Origin: Candidatus Saccharimonadota bacterium
GTDB lineage: Bacteria; Patescibacteriota; Saccharimonadia; Saccharimonadales; Saccharimonadaceae
Assembly (NCBI GenBank): GCA_024402895.1
Contig: JAKSSX010000001.1
Location: 22,090 to 86,089, forward strand
Length of the DNA: 64,000 nucleotides
Direction: 5' to 3'
Positions 8,599 to 18,025 of the stretch are shown piece by piece. Position numbers and translations under genes: made by a program. Position 1 is the first letter of the stretch. Every line of letters begins with the position of its first letter. Below the pieces are notes generated by a model, which was not told the DNA's origin, ran no database searches, and was given only the letters and a program-made list of their open reading frames with translations.

Positions 8599-9447
8599 AT
8601 GCCCGAATTACCTGAAGTTGAAACAATCAAGCGTGGGCTTGAGAAGTGTATTGTTGGTAGAAAAATAAACAGTGTTCATATTTTGTGCGAGAAAAGTTTT
8701 CGCGGCAAGCCGGAACTAATTGAAGGGCAGGTAATTTCGAGAATCGATAGGCGCGGCAAGGCCTTGCTTATCAGGCTAGAGAATAATCTAACAATTATGG
8801 TGCATCTGCGCATGACTGGGCAGATGATTCATGACGGTTTAGAACGCTTTGCTGCAGGGCATCCAGATGAGAGTTTTCATGAGAAGATGCCTGGACGTTT
8901 TACGCGTGTTTATGTCGATCTCGATGATGGAACTCATCTCTTCTTTAATGACATGCGTAAATTCGGCTTCTGGAGCGTTATGGATGATTTAGACTTAGCT
9001 TCAGATAAGTTCCTAACTAAATTAGGTGCTGAGCCGTGGGATATGAAGGCAGAAGATTTTTGGGGGATGCTACAGAAACATAGTAATTCTCCAGTTAAAG
9101 CTGCGATTTTGGATCAGCATAATATTGCCGGAGTAGGGAATATATATGCTGACGAGGGCTGCTTTTATGCTGGAATCTTGCCTTGGCGCAAGTGTGGCGA
9201 CATGGATAGAGAAGAGTCCGATAAGCTTCTCGAGGGCTTATGTAAGGTTATGCAGGCTTCGATAGATAGCGGCGGCTCTACTATGAAGGATTACGTAAAA
9301 GCAGACGGTACGCGTGGCAATTATCTAGAGAAGTTTGCGCAGGTATTTCGTCGTGAAGGTTGCGAATGTCCTCGTTGTGGTAGCGAAATTTTAAAAACTC
9401 GTACGGCTGGACGTGGAACGCATTATTGCAAGGGGTGTCAGAAATGA
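8599..9447 (+). CDS. mutM: formamidopyrimidine-DNA glycosylase
   Basis: MPELPEVETIKRGL N-terminus. C-terminal zinc finger CPRCGSEI...YCKGCQ. Confidence 0.95.
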   Translation: MPELPEVETIKRGLEKCIVGRKINSVHILCEKSFRGKPELIEGQVISRIDRRGKALLIRLENNLTIMVHLRMTGQMIHDGLERFAAGHPDESFHEKMPGRFTRVYVDLDDGTHLFFNDMRKFGFWSVMDDLDLASDKFLTKLGAEPWDMKAEDFWGMLQKHSNSPVKAAILDQHNIAGVGNIYADEGCFYAGILPWRKCGDMDREESDKLLEGLCKVMQASIDSGGSTMKDYVKADGTRGNYLEKFAQVFRREGCECPRCGSEILKTRTAGRGTHYCKGCQK

Positions 9448-10058
9448 TAAGGATTTTTTACGGAGACGATCGTATCTTGGCTCGCAAGATGATCGATAAG
9501 CAATTAGGTGCAAATTATGAAGTTATGGAGGCGGAGACGCTTCAGGTGGCCGACGTTACGTCTGTATTTTTGGGAACTTCATTGTTTGGTGAAACGCGGA
9601 ATATTTTATTGAAGGATTTGTCTGCTAATAAAGAATGCTGGGCAATGCTGCCAAAAGTCGTGGATGAATGTACGCACAATATTGTGCTTTGGGAGTCGAA
9701 ATTAGACAAACGCTCTGCGGCTTATAAAAGTTTGAGCAAAAATAAAAATATTGAGTTTAAAGAATTTAAATTAGCAGAAGATCCGAACAAAAAATTAGTA
9801 TTCGATATTTTTGACGCGGCTTTTAGCGGTGACGGCAAGAAGGCATTAATGCTTTGCGGGAAAATTGAATCTGATAATGACCCGTACATGCTTTTAGGCT
9901 TGATGGTTACTCAGGCGATAAAAAAGTTGCAATATAATAACTCGCGCGCGCCAAAGGTGTTAAAAATATTAGCTCAAGCGGACATTGATATGAAGACGAC
10001 CGGCATTGAGCCGTGGAAGATTATTAAAATGGCGTTATTAAAAATAGGAGAATGTTAA
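9444..10058 (+). CDS. holA: DNA polymerase III delta subunit-like protein (short, about 205 aa)
   Basis: MIRIFYGDD... N-terminus and overall pattern resemble the HolA N-terminal and middle domains. ATGA overlap with the mutM stop. Confidence 0.55.
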   Translation: MIRIFYGDDRILARKMIDKQLGANYEVMEAETLQVADVTSVFLGTSLFGETRNILLKDLSANKECWAMLPKVVDECTHNIVLWESKLDKRSAAYKSLSKNKNIEFKEFKLAEDPNKKLVFDIFDAAFSGDGKKALMLCGKIESDNDPYMLLGLMVTQAIKKLQYNNSRAPKVLKILAQADIDMKTTGIEPWKIIKMALLKIGEC

Positions 10059-10807
10059 TGATTAGAGTACTACAGCTGAATGTTTGGACTGGCCGCATGA
10101 AAGGCGCTCTGAAGCGTTTTTTGAGCGAAAACGAGTATGATATCATCTGCATGCAAGAAGCCGTATGGAGCAACGAGGCGCCGGAGTATTTGGCTCATCT
10201 TGCTGACACTGTGGACGAGCTTAAGGCGGTGTCTGGTTTGGAGTATGATGTGCGCGTATCTAACTGGGGAATTCAGATGCTTGGCGGAGAGGCTACGATG
10301 CAGCAGGGTAACGTAATTCTTAGCCGCTGGCCAATTGAATCGGTTGAAGAGAAATTTGTCCACGGCGAATATAAGCCAGCGATGAATTTTGCGAATAAAA
10401 ATGGCGCATCTGAAGATCAGCCTTGGGCGGCAATTAAAGTCAAACTCGCAAATGGTTTAACTGTTTTGAATTATCACGGATATTGGCAAGCTAATCCGAT
10501 TGGAAACGAAGAAACAGTGCGTTGTATGCGCGAGGTTGCTGACATGATTCGTAATGAAAAAGAGAAAGTCTTGATGTGCGGTGATTTGAACGTTTCTTCA
10601 GAGTCGCCAGCTATGCGTGAGTTAGATTTTCTTACTGATTTAACGAAGGAAACTGGCACGAAGCAGACTTTAATGAATTTGAAGTTTGTCGGCGACGTCG
10701 CTTGTGATCATATCTTAATTAGCGACGATATTAAGTGGTCTGATTTTACGGTTCGCAAAGAAGTAATTTCTGATCATGCGGCAGTAAGCGTAAATATCGA
10801 GATATAA
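10058..10807 (+). CDS. endonuclease/exonuclease/phosphatase (EEP) family protein
   Basis: MIRVLQLNVW..., CMQE, GDLN and SDHAAV motifs. AGGAG lies 7 nt upstream of the second ATG. Confidence 0.8.
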   Translation: MIRVLQLNVWTGRMKGALKRFLSENEYDIICMQEAVWSNEAPEYLAHLADTVDELKAVSGLEYDVRVSNWGIQMLGGEATMQQGNVILSRWPIESVEEKFVHGEYKPAMNFANKNGASEDQPWAAIKVKLANGLTVLNYHGYWQANPIGNEETVRCMREVADMIRNEKEKVLMCGDLNVSSESPAMRELDFLTDLTKETGTKQTLMNLKFVGDVACDHILISDDIKWSDFTVRKEVISDHAAVSVNIEI

Positions 10808-10837
10808 AAAAGATTCCCCGAAAGGGGAATCTTTTTG
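10806..10837. terminator. bidirectional terminator between convergent genes
   Basis: AGATTCCCC gaaa GGGGAATCT, flanked by an A-run and a T-run. Confidence 0.85.
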
Positions 10838-10847
10838 TTGTTGCAAC

Positions 10848-11126
10848 TTAAGCAGCGTGAACTTCGACGCGGGTGCGGCGAACGGTCTTGCCGGAGAAGT
10901 GGCTCTTCTTGGTCTTTACGAAGACAACCTTACCATCAATAGCGGCATGAATAGTGAAATTGCGGCTCATGAAGGTGCCTGGGCCAGCGATCTTGGTTGC
11001 GCCGGTCTGGCGAACTAGAACTTCACCGGTCTTTACGGTCTGGCCACCAAAGCGCTTGACGCCGAGGCGTTGGCCAGCATTGTTGTGGATGTTTTTACTG
11101 GTACCACCAGCTTTGACATGTGACAT
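10848..11126 (-). CDS. rpmA: 50S ribosomal protein L27
   Basis: MSHVKAGGTSKN...GVKRFGGQ is a bL27 signature. There is no N-terminal propeptide. Confidence 0.95.
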   Translation of the reverse strand: MSHVKAGGTSKNIHNNAGQRLGVKRFGGQTVKTGEVLVRQTGATKIAGPGTFMSRNFTIHAAIDGKVVFVKTKKSHFSGKTVRRTRVEVHAA

Positions 11127-11129
11127 ACT

Positions 11130-12245
11130 TTACTTTTTCCTTAATACTATTATTTGACGCGCAACGATTTGGCCCTCTCTGTAATACAAGAGGTCGTCAG
11201 AAGTCGCGTATCGATACTTTGTTAAATTATACCCGAGCCCTTCTAATCTGTCAAGAATATCGAGGCCAGAATATTTGCCGTTTGGACGGAGCCAGGAAGG
11301 GATTGCTAGGGCAATACTAGTGCCGCTGGCAATTTGAGGCGCGAGATTCTTAAGGAAGGCAGTAAGGAGAGCTTCAGCGGACTCTTTTTCTGTGCGGAAT
11401 TTGATCTCAACTGGAGGCTGAGACATTGGGTGGCCAAGGTAGATTTCGCTAGCGATGAAATCTGGCGCTGGTTTCCATTGATGATTAGTTGCGTCGCCTT
11501 CTTCGAGCTGTGGTTTTTGATTGATGTCAGCATAGCGTCCGGCGAGCCAAGAGAGGTTACGCTCGGAATAATTAATCATTTTTTCGGATAGATCGGTGCC
11601 GTAAACGGAATAGCCCATGATGGAAGCTTCCTGGAGAACGACGCCGGTGCCACAGAACGGGTCGAGGAGGCGGCCTTTGCTTGCGCCGCAAGTAGCAAGA
11701 TTAATAAGAATCTGCGCGAGTTTTGGTGGAAGCATGCCGACAAAAGCGTCGCGAGCAGGGCGTGCTTGATCACGTTTTGCGTAAGCTGTGATATTCTGCG
11801 TACCAGTAGAAACGGCAAATTGGTCGCCGAACTTGATTAACTCGATATGATTGAGCTTTTCGCCGAGCTGGTTGTGGTGTGCGGTTGCGCTGGAAATAAC
11901 GGCAGATTTGCCAGGAATAAGACGAACATTACGGCCATGGCGCTTGAGAAGATTCTTGTATTTGAGCGCGAGTAGCCAAGCGGATTTTTGGCTGGCTTTT
12001 GCAGAATAATCGCTGACGCCAAGAGTAATTTTACCTTCAGGAAGTTGGCTAAGATAATCTGTTGGTTTTTCGCTAAGAATTTTTGCAACTTTAAGGGAAC
12101 CGCCAAGACGATTAATGTCGACAAATTTTGCCGTTACGATGGCGAGATTTGGAGCGACTTGCTTAACTTTGCTAGATGAAAAAAGTGCCTCGAGCTCTGC
12201 GAGGGAAATCTTGGCTTCGCGACCGAGGACTACCAGATATTGCAT
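11130..12245 (-). CDS. SAM-dependent (RNA?) methyltransferase, UPF0020/Trm11-like
   Basis: Motif I LDPFCGTGVVLQEA. Start taken at MQYLVVLGREAKISLAELE. Ends 3 nt upstream of rpmA. Confidence 0.7.
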   Translation of the reverse strand: MQYLVVLGREAKISLAELEALFSSSKVKQVAPNLAIVTAKFVDINRLGGSLKVAKILSEKPTDYLSQLPEGKITLGVSDYSAKASQKSAWLLALKYKNLLKRHGRNVRLIPGKSAVISSATAHHNQLGEKLNHIELIKFGDQFAVSTGTQNITAYAKRDQARPARDAFVGMLPPKLAQILINLATCGASKGRLLDPFCGTGVVLQEASIMGYSVYGTDLSEKMINYSERNLSWLAGRYADINQKPQLEEGDATNHQWKPAPDFIASEIYLGHPMSQPPVEIKFRTEKESAEALLTAFLKNLAPQIASGTSIALAIPSWLRPNGKYSGLDILDRLEGLGYNLTKYRYATSDDLLYYREGQIVARQIIVLRKK

Positions 12246-12287
12246 ATCTATTATTATACAATAAAAACCGGTGTTATAATAATGTTT

Positions 12288-13385
12288 ATGGAAAAAGCGC
12301 AGCAAGTATACAGTGTTTCGGATTTTCAGGCAGTCTGCAATCAGATTATGGAGACGGCTTTTACGGGCGTTATTGTCGAGGGCGAAGTTGCGAGCTTTAA
12401 ATTAAATCAGAATAAATTTGTGTTTTTTGATCTTAAAGATGACCAATCTAGCGTCGGTTGTTTTATGATGGCATTTGCGCTTAGGTTTCCGATTGAGGAT
12501 GGTATGCGCGTGCGAATTCGCGCAGTACCAAAGCTAACTAATTGGGGTAAGTTTTCACTTACTGTTCAGGCGATTGCGCCAGTTGGCGAGGGTAGCATCA
12601 AGAAGAGCTTGGAGCTGCTTAAGAAGAAGTTGGCGGCCGAAGGTCTATTTGATAAGGCTAAGAAGCGCCCGTTGCCAGATAAGATTACGAAGATTGGTGT
12701 TATTTCTAGCACGCAAGCTGCTGGTTATGCTGATTTCTGCAAGATTCTTAATGAGCGTTGGGGCGGATTAACTGTTTTGACGGCTCATACGCAAGTGCAG
12801 GGTATGGTGGCGGCGGATCAGATTATTCGTGCTCTGAACTACTTTAATGAGCGTGGCGAAGTTGATGTTATTGCTGTGATTCGCGGTGGTGGTTCTGCCG
12901 ATGATTTGGCAGTCTTTAATGATGAGGCTTTAGTGCGTGCGATTGCGGCTTCTAAGATTCCAGTTATTACGGGAATTGGCCACGAAGTGGATGAGAGCTT
13001 GTGTGATTTGGCGGCGGATATTGTTGCTTCGACGCCATCCAATGCAGCGCAAATGTTAACGCGTGATAGGCGCGAGATTGCTGCTAATGTGCGTGCTGAT
13101 GTAAATCGAATAAATAATTTGCTCAATTCGAAAATCGACGAAATAACAGAGGTGAATCGCACTGAAATTCTACGCGTAGCGAACGAAATTTATCGCAGAA
13201 TTAGCTCGTTTAATAATGAGATATTGGCGCAAAGAAAAATCCTTGATCAATTAAATCCGGAAAAAGTATTAGAGCGAGGTTATGCGTTATTGCGAGGCGA
13301 CGTAGCTGAGGGGAATGAGATTAGCTTGTTAACCGCAAAACAAGAAATTGAAGCGAAGGTAATGAAAGTAAAGGAGCGAAAATAA
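12288..13385 (+). CDS. xseA: exodeoxyribonuclease VII large subunit
   Basis: OB-fold N-terminus (YSVSDF...VEGEVASF) and RGGGS motif (VIRGGGSADDL). The start could also be 12282. Confidence 0.9.
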   Translation: MEKAQQVYSVSDFQAVCNQIMETAFTGVIVEGEVASFKLNQNKFVFFDLKDDQSSVGCFMMAFALRFPIEDGMRVRIRAVPKLTNWGKFSLTVQAIAPVGEGSIKKSLELLKKKLAAEGLFDKAKKRPLPDKITKIGVISSTQAAGYADFCKILNERWGGLTVLTAHTQVQGMVAADQIIRALNYFNERGEVDVIAVIRGGGSADDLAVFNDEALVRAIAASKIPVITGIGHEVDESLCDLAADIVASTPSNAAQMLTRDRREIAANVRADVNRINNLLNSKIDEITEVNRTEILRVANEIYRRISSFNNEILAQRKILDQLNPEKVLERGYALLRGDVAEGNEISLLTAKQEIEAKVMKVKERK

Positions 13386-13576
13386 TGGCAAAAAATATTA
13401 GTGAAAAGATTGATGACTTGAAGACTGGTGTTGAATGGTTTTATTCCGAAGAATTTAAGCTAGAAGACGCCGGCGAAAAATATAAAGCAATGACAGAGCT
13501 AGCGAAAGAGATTGAGAAAGATTTAGCTGAACTCAAGAACGATATTAAGGTTATTGAAGAGGATTTTAGCAAATAA
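13385..13576 (+). CDS. xseB: exodeoxyribonuclease VII small subunit
   Basis: 63-aa helical protein overlapping the xseA stop by 1 nt. Position and size fit XseB. Confidence 0.8.
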   Translation: MAKNISEKIDDLKTGVEWFYSEEFKLEDAGEKYKAMTELAKEIEKDLAELKNDIKVIEEDFSK

Positions 13577-13579
13577 TTC

Positions 13580-13608
13580 TTGCAGAAAAGCATAAGCTAA
13601 AATATAAT
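13580..13608 (+). promoter_or_regulatory. promoter placed for a leaderless start at 13615
   Basis: TTGCAG, 17-nt spacer, TATAAT, then 6 nt to the ATG. Confidence 0.5.
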
Positions 13609-13614
13609 TAAACC

Positions 13615-14565
13615 ATGGATCAGAATTCTAATATGGGTGGCTTTGCACCGATGCCAGGGCAGAATGGTATGGGTAGCAATGATACGGTGATTATGCCTGA
13701 TGGTTTTCAGCAGGCTACGCCTACAGTAGCTCCGATGCCTGGAGCAGCTCCAATGACTAATACTATGCCAAATCCTGCAGCTCAGACTGCAGCTCCAGCA
13801 ATGGCGGCTCCAACTATGCCGAGCCCAGCTATGCCAGCTCCAGCAATGCCTGGTATGCCAGCACCAAATATGCCTATCGGACCAGCAGTTCCTGCTTCCG
13901 CTACGGCAGGTTTGCCAGCAAAGAAAGACACTACTCTTATTGAGACAATTATTCTCATTGTAGTTTGTTTGATTGCTGCTGCGGCAATTGTTTTCGCGGT
14001 TATTTTCTTCATGCAATACAATGAGCTAAAAGCTAACTATGATTCCGATAAGGGCCTCGCAGTTGCAGAGGCTGTTAAGATTCAGGAAGATGCCGATAAT
14101 GCAAGCTTCGCTGAGCGTGAAAAGCTTCCTTTCTACAGCTTTACTGGCCCAAGCGATTATGGCTCAATTAGCTTCCAGTATCCAAAGACTTGGAATGTAT
14201 ATGTTGAAAGTGATGGTTCGAACAATAGTGATTTTAAAGCTTACTTCAAGCCAACTCAGGTTGATCCTATCAAGAATAAGGACTCTCGCTATGCGCTTCG
14301 TTTCTCGATCTTGGATCGCCAGTATACGTCCGTTCAGTCTTCTTACGAATCTAAGGTAAAGAATGGCAAGATGACTTCTAGCATGTTTAATGCTGATGAG
14401 AATAGAATCAGTGGCATTAAGTATGAAGGCGAAATTGAAAAAGATATGAACGGCATCGTTGTCTTAATTAAGGTTAACGATAAAACCGCTATCTTCCAGA
14501 TGGATGCTGACGTTTATCGTACTGACTTTGAGACTTTGCTCCAGGGTCTACGCCGTAACTCATAG
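13615..14565 (+). CDS. membrane-anchored protein with P/A/M-rich N-terminus
   Basis: PAMPAPAMPGMPAP repeats, one TM (IILIVVCLIAAAAIVFAVIFF), then a roughly 190-aa extracytoplasmic domain. No family recognised. Confidence 0.7.
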   Translation: MDQNSNMGGFAPMPGQNGMGSNDTVIMPDGFQQATPTVAPMPGAAPMTNTMPNPAAQTAAPAMAAPTMPSPAMPAPAMPGMPAPNMPIGPAVPASATAGLPAKKDTTLIETIILIVVCLIAAAAIVFAVIFFMQYNELKANYDSDKGLAVAEAVKIQEDADNASFAEREKLPFYSFTGPSDYGSISFQYPKTWNVYVESDGSNNSDFKAYFKPTQVDPIKNKDSRYALRFSILDRQYTSVQSSYESKVKNGKMTSSMFNADENRISGIKYEGEIEKDMNGIVVLIKVNDKTAIFQMDADVYRTDFETLLQGLRRNS

Positions 14566-14581
14566 TTTATTCAAAAATCTA

Positions 14582-14614
14582 AAATCCCTACGCTTTAATG
14601 TGTGGGGATTTTTG
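14582..14614 (+). terminator. intrinsic terminator
   Basis: AATCCC ... GGGATT followed by TTTT. Confidence 0.65.
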
Positions 14615-14629
14615 TTGTAGAATAGAGGC

Positions 14630-15304
14630 ATGGAGAGTGAGGTAATTGTCGCGCATGAATTAAAAGCGCCATTAAGCTTGGTGCGGCAGCTCGCTTTGTC
14701 TTTGGATTTTGAGGAAAATATTGTTGGCGCTAGGGAAGTTGGGCGCCAGATTGTGGCTACTAGTGAGCGCGCTATTCAGCAAGTTAATGATTTGACGAGG
14801 ATTGCGCGTCTTGAAGATGCTCTATTTGAGATGGAGCCAGTCAATCCACGCGCTATTTGTGACGAGGTAGCGGCTGAATTGTGGCGCTTGTTTAAGTTTA
14901 ATCGCCGCGAATTGCGCATTGAATATCGCAATAAGAGGCGTCTCGTGGTTGCAAATCCGCAATTGTTGCATTCTGTTGTTTACAACTTCTGTTTGAATGC
15001 AATGAATTATGGTGGCGAGGAATTGCCGAGTGAGATTTCGATTCAGGACCGCGCAAATAAGATTCGTATTGCGGTGCGCGATTATGGTCCAGCGATTCCA
15101 ACTAAGATTTGGCGCGAGATTAAGGGCGGCTTCGTAAATAAGCCGGTTGCTACGCCGATGCGTCCTGGCTCGAGTGGGCTTGGTCTCTATATTGCTGCGA
15201 AGTTTTCGAACTATATGCAGGGCGATTTTGGCCTAATTCGCCATCGTGATGGTACGAGTTTCTATATTGATTTACCGGTAAGTGGCCAGTTGAGTTTCCT
15301 ATGA
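14630..15304 (+). CDS. sensor-less soluble histidine kinase (HisKA + HATPase only)
   Basis: H-box VAHELKAPLSL, N-box NFCLNAMNYG, G1 VRDYGPAIP, G2 GSSGLGLYIA. Only 224 aa, with no TM or sensor domain. Confidence 0.85.
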   Translation: MESEVIVAHELKAPLSLVRQLALSLDFEENIVGAREVGRQIVATSERAIQQVNDLTRIARLEDALFEMEPVNPRAICDEVAAELWRLFKFNRRELRIEYRNKRRLVVANPQLLHSVVYNFCLNAMNYGGEELPSEISIQDRANKIRIAVRDYGPAIPTKIWREIKGGFVNKPVATPMRPGSSGLGLYIAAKFSNYMQGDFGLIRHRDGTSFYIDLPVSGQLSFL

Positions 15305-15645
15305 TATTCGTAATTGAAGATGATAGGGGCTGGGAAAGCTATTATCGTAGAATTTTGAAGGATAAAGAACTGCGATTTTATCGTGACGGGATCGCGGCGA
15401 TTGCCGGAATGGATGAGCAAATACCGGATTTGGTAATTTTGGACGTGCTTTTGACTGGACCAACCGGTTTCGCGGTCTTGAATGAGATGAGAAGCTATCC
15501 GGAGTTAATGAACGTGCCGGTAGCGATTGTGAGCAGTGTGAATTTGAAGGATGAAATTGCAGGAAAATACGGAGTCGTGGCGACCTTGGATAAGGGCGAA
15601 ATGACGCCGGCTGATCTGCTGGAATTGGTAGGTCGCTATGCGTGA
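15301..15645 (+). CDS. stand-alone receiver-domain response regulator (CheY-like)
   Basis: IEDD, LVILDVLL (phospho-Asp), IVSS and LDKG motifs. 114 aa with no output domain. ATGA overlap with the kinase gene. Confidence 0.85.
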   Translation: MIFVIEDDRGWESYYRRILKDKELRFYRDGIAAIAGMDEQIPDLVILDVLLTGPTGFAVLNEMRSYPELMNVPVAIVSSVNLKDEIAGKYGVVATLDKGEMTPADLLELVGRYA

Positions 15646-16339
15646 TTTAAAGACGAAGGCGATAGTTTTAAAGCGAACCGATTACGGTGAGGCGGATAGG
15701 ATTTTGCAGATTTTAACGCCTGAAGGCAAGAAATCTGTGATGGCAAAGGGGGTTCGTAAGGAAAAGTCCAAGCTTGCGGGCGGTATTGAGCTCTTTAGTG
15801 TGTCGGAAGTGGTGATTCATGAAGGTAAGGGCGAATTAGGGATTTTGACGTCTGCGAAATTGCTTGAATATTATGATGCTTTTGTGCGAGATATTGAGCT
15901 TTTGGAGTTGGGCGGTAATCTGATGCGTGACGCTTCGAAGAGGGCTGAGCAGGTGGATTCGCCGGAATTCTTTAATATCCTCCGTCAAAGCCTCCAGTCG
16001 GCCCAAAAACATGCCCTAGAAGGCTCTGAGACGCGCTGGAAGGAACTTTTACGCTCTTGGGCGAGTATGAATATGCTTTCCGCTGCAGGCGAGGAAATAA
16101 ACCTAAAATATGACGTTTCGGGCTCTAAATTATCCTCGGATTTGAAGTATATGTGGGATATAGAAAGTTCAGCTTTGGCGCCGCATGAAATGGGGCGAAT
16201 TTCGGCTGAACATATCAAGATGATGCGTGTGATGGCGTCGACGCCCTTAGAAGTCGCAATGAAGGTGACGAATTACGGGGAATTAATGGATGAAATCTTA
16301 TATATAACACGCTGCGCTGAGAAGGCAACTAGGTTATAA
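15638..16339 (+). CDS. recO: DNA repair protein RecO
   Basis: MRDLKTKAIVLKRTDYGEADRILQILT... is a typical RecO OB-fold N-terminus. Confidence 0.85.
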   Translation: MRDLKTKAIVLKRTDYGEADRILQILTPEGKKSVMAKGVRKEKSKLAGGIELFSVSEVVIHEGKGELGILTSAKLLEYYDAFVRDIELLELGGNLMRDASKRAEQVDSPEFFNILRQSLQSAQKHALEGSETRWKELLRSWASMNMLSAAGEEINLKYDVSGSKLSSDLKYMWDIESSALAPHEMGRISAEHIKMMRVMASTPLEVAMKVTNYGELMDEILYITRCAEKATRL

Positions 16340-16347
16340 TATAAGAT

Positions 16348-16608
16348 ATGAGTGAGAAAGATTTTGAAAAAGAAATAGCAGCAATTAAGGCTCGTAATAA
16401 ACGCGTTGAAGCCGATAAGGCTTGGGAGACGAGCTGGACTCGCCGTGTCTGCATTATGGCGTTAACTTACGTCGTTGTTGTATTGTATTCGATGACTATT
16501 TCTCGAGTTTCTAACGTTTGGCTCAGCTCGCTTGTGCCAGTAATGGGCTTTACACTTTCTACTTTGTCACTACGCCTTGTCCGTAAGCTTTGGGAAAAAC
16601 ACCGTTAA
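16348..16608 (+). CDS. small membrane protein
   Basis: 86 aa with two hydrophobic spans. TATAAT ends 8 nt before the ATG. Confidence 0.5.
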   Translation: MSEKDFEKEIAAIKARNKRVEADKAWETSWTRRVCIMALTYVVVVLYSMTISRVSNVWLSSLVPVMGFTLSTLSLRLVRKLWEKHR

Positions 16609-16629
16609 AGTGGTAAAATAAGGAGTATT

Positions 16630-17955
16630 ATGGCAGCAAAAATGGAAGATATTGTAAGTTTATGTAAGCGCCGTGGCTTCATCTGGCAGGGTTCAGATGT
16701 TTACGGTGGTATGGCTGGCACTTGGGATTTTGGTCCTCTAGGTGTAGCTTTGAAGCGCCGCATGATGAATGCTTGGTGGCAGTATTGGGTTGAAGATCGC
16801 GATGATATGTATGGCGTCGACGCCGCTATCATTATGAATCCAAAGACTTGGGAAGCTTCTGGTCATACGGCTACTTTCGCTGATCCGCTCGTAGAGTGTG
16901 GCGATTGTCATGGTCGTTTTCGCGCAGATAAGCTTGTTGAGGGTGCGAATGAGAGCATCTCTACTGAAGAATTTAAGTCTCATAATGTAAAATGCCCAAC
17001 TTGTGGCAAGGTTAACTGGAGCGATATTCGTAAATTTAACATGATGTTCCAGACGCATGTTGGTCCAGTCGATGATGATAGCTCGATTGCTTATCTTCGC
17101 CCAGAAACTGCGCAGGGTATCTTTACTAACTATAAGAACGTTGTAGATACTATCTATCCAGATTTGCCATTTGGTCTCGCTCAGCAGGGTAAATCCTTCC
17201 GTAACGAGATTTCTCCTCGTGACTTCATTCTCCGCGATCGCGAATGCGAGCAGATGGAGATTGAGTACTTTATCGACCCTAAGACTTGGGAAGAAAACTT
17301 CGAAAAACTTCGTACTCAGCAACATGAATTTTTGACTGACATTATGGGCCTTGATGAATCTCGTATTCATGACCTAGAGGTTGCTCCTGAGGACCGCGCT
17401 CACTACTCTAAGCGCACGATTGATATTATGTTTGATTATCCAAATGGTCAGGAAGAGTTGATGGGCTTGGCTTATCGCACCGACTTTGACCTTGGTAATA
17501 TCCAGCGCGCAAGCAATAAGAATATGGAATATATTCCAAAGGGCGGCGGCGAACGTTTTATTCCTCATGTTATTGAACCTTCGATTGGCGTTGAGCGTTT
17601 GTTCTTGGCAATCCTTAGCTGCGCTTATCGCGAAGAAGAGAAAGATGGCAAGAAGCGTATCGTTTTGAGCCTTCCTGAACACCTTGCTCCATATCGCTTC
17701 TGTGTATCTCCACTTTTGAAGAATAAGCCAGAGCTCGTTGAGAAAGCTCGTGAGGTTTATAGCCTTCTTCGCAAGAAGTATGGCAATGTTACCTGGGATG
17801 ACTCTGGTAATATTGGTAAGCGTTACCTAAAGCAAGATGAAATCGGTACGCCAAAGTGCGTCGTAGTTGACTTCGACTCTTTGGAAGATGATTGCGTAAC
17901 GATTCGCGATCGCGATACGACCGAACAGGTTCGCGTAAAGATTGCAGAACTATAA
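16630..17955 (+). CDS. glyQS: glycine--tRNA ligase (homodimeric class II type)
   Basis: CKRRGFIWQGSDVYGGMAGTWDFGPLG and FRNEISPR motifs. AAGGAG Shine-Dalgarno. Confidence 0.95.
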   Translation: MAAKMEDIVSLCKRRGFIWQGSDVYGGMAGTWDFGPLGVALKRRMMNAWWQYWVEDRDDMYGVDAAIIMNPKTWEASGHTATFADPLVECGDCHGRFRADKLVEGANESISTEEFKSHNVKCPTCGKVNWSDIRKFNMMFQTHVGPVDDDSSIAYLRPETAQGIFTNYKNVVDTIYPDLPFGLAQQGKSFRNEISPRDFILRDRECEQMEIEYFIDPKTWEENFEKLRTQQHEFLTDIMGLDESRIHDLEVAPEDRAHYSKRTIDIMFDYPNGQEELMGLAYRTDFDLGNIQRASNKNMEYIPKGGGERFIPHVIEPSIGVERLFLAILSCAYREEEKDGKKRIVLSLPEHLAPYRFCVSPLLKNKPELVEKAREVYSLLRKKYGNVTWDDSGNIGKRYLKQDEIGTPKCVVVDFDSLEDDCVTIRDRDTTEQVRVKIAEL

Positions 17956-17957
17956 AA

Positions 17958-17989
17958 ACAAATCCGCTCAAGTGATTGGGCGGATTTTT
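17958..17989 (+). terminator. intrinsic terminator after glyQS
   Basis: AATCCGC ... GCGGATT followed by TTTT. Confidence 0.85.
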
Positions 17990-18025
17990 GATGTTATTAT
18001 TGATAAGTAGAAGGAGATAATTAAT

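Noticed and set aside
16738-17370. 210-aa antisense ORF inside glyQS, with similar antisense ORFs in relA (18797-19423, 19069-19410), the methyltransferase (11306-12179), the 13615 gene (13597-14016), the 19834 gene (20314-20862) and the PEGA gene (28142-29086)
   Set aside because: They lie opposite genes with clear family motifs and have low-complexity or Arg/Ser/Leu-rich products. No ribosome-binding sites are present.
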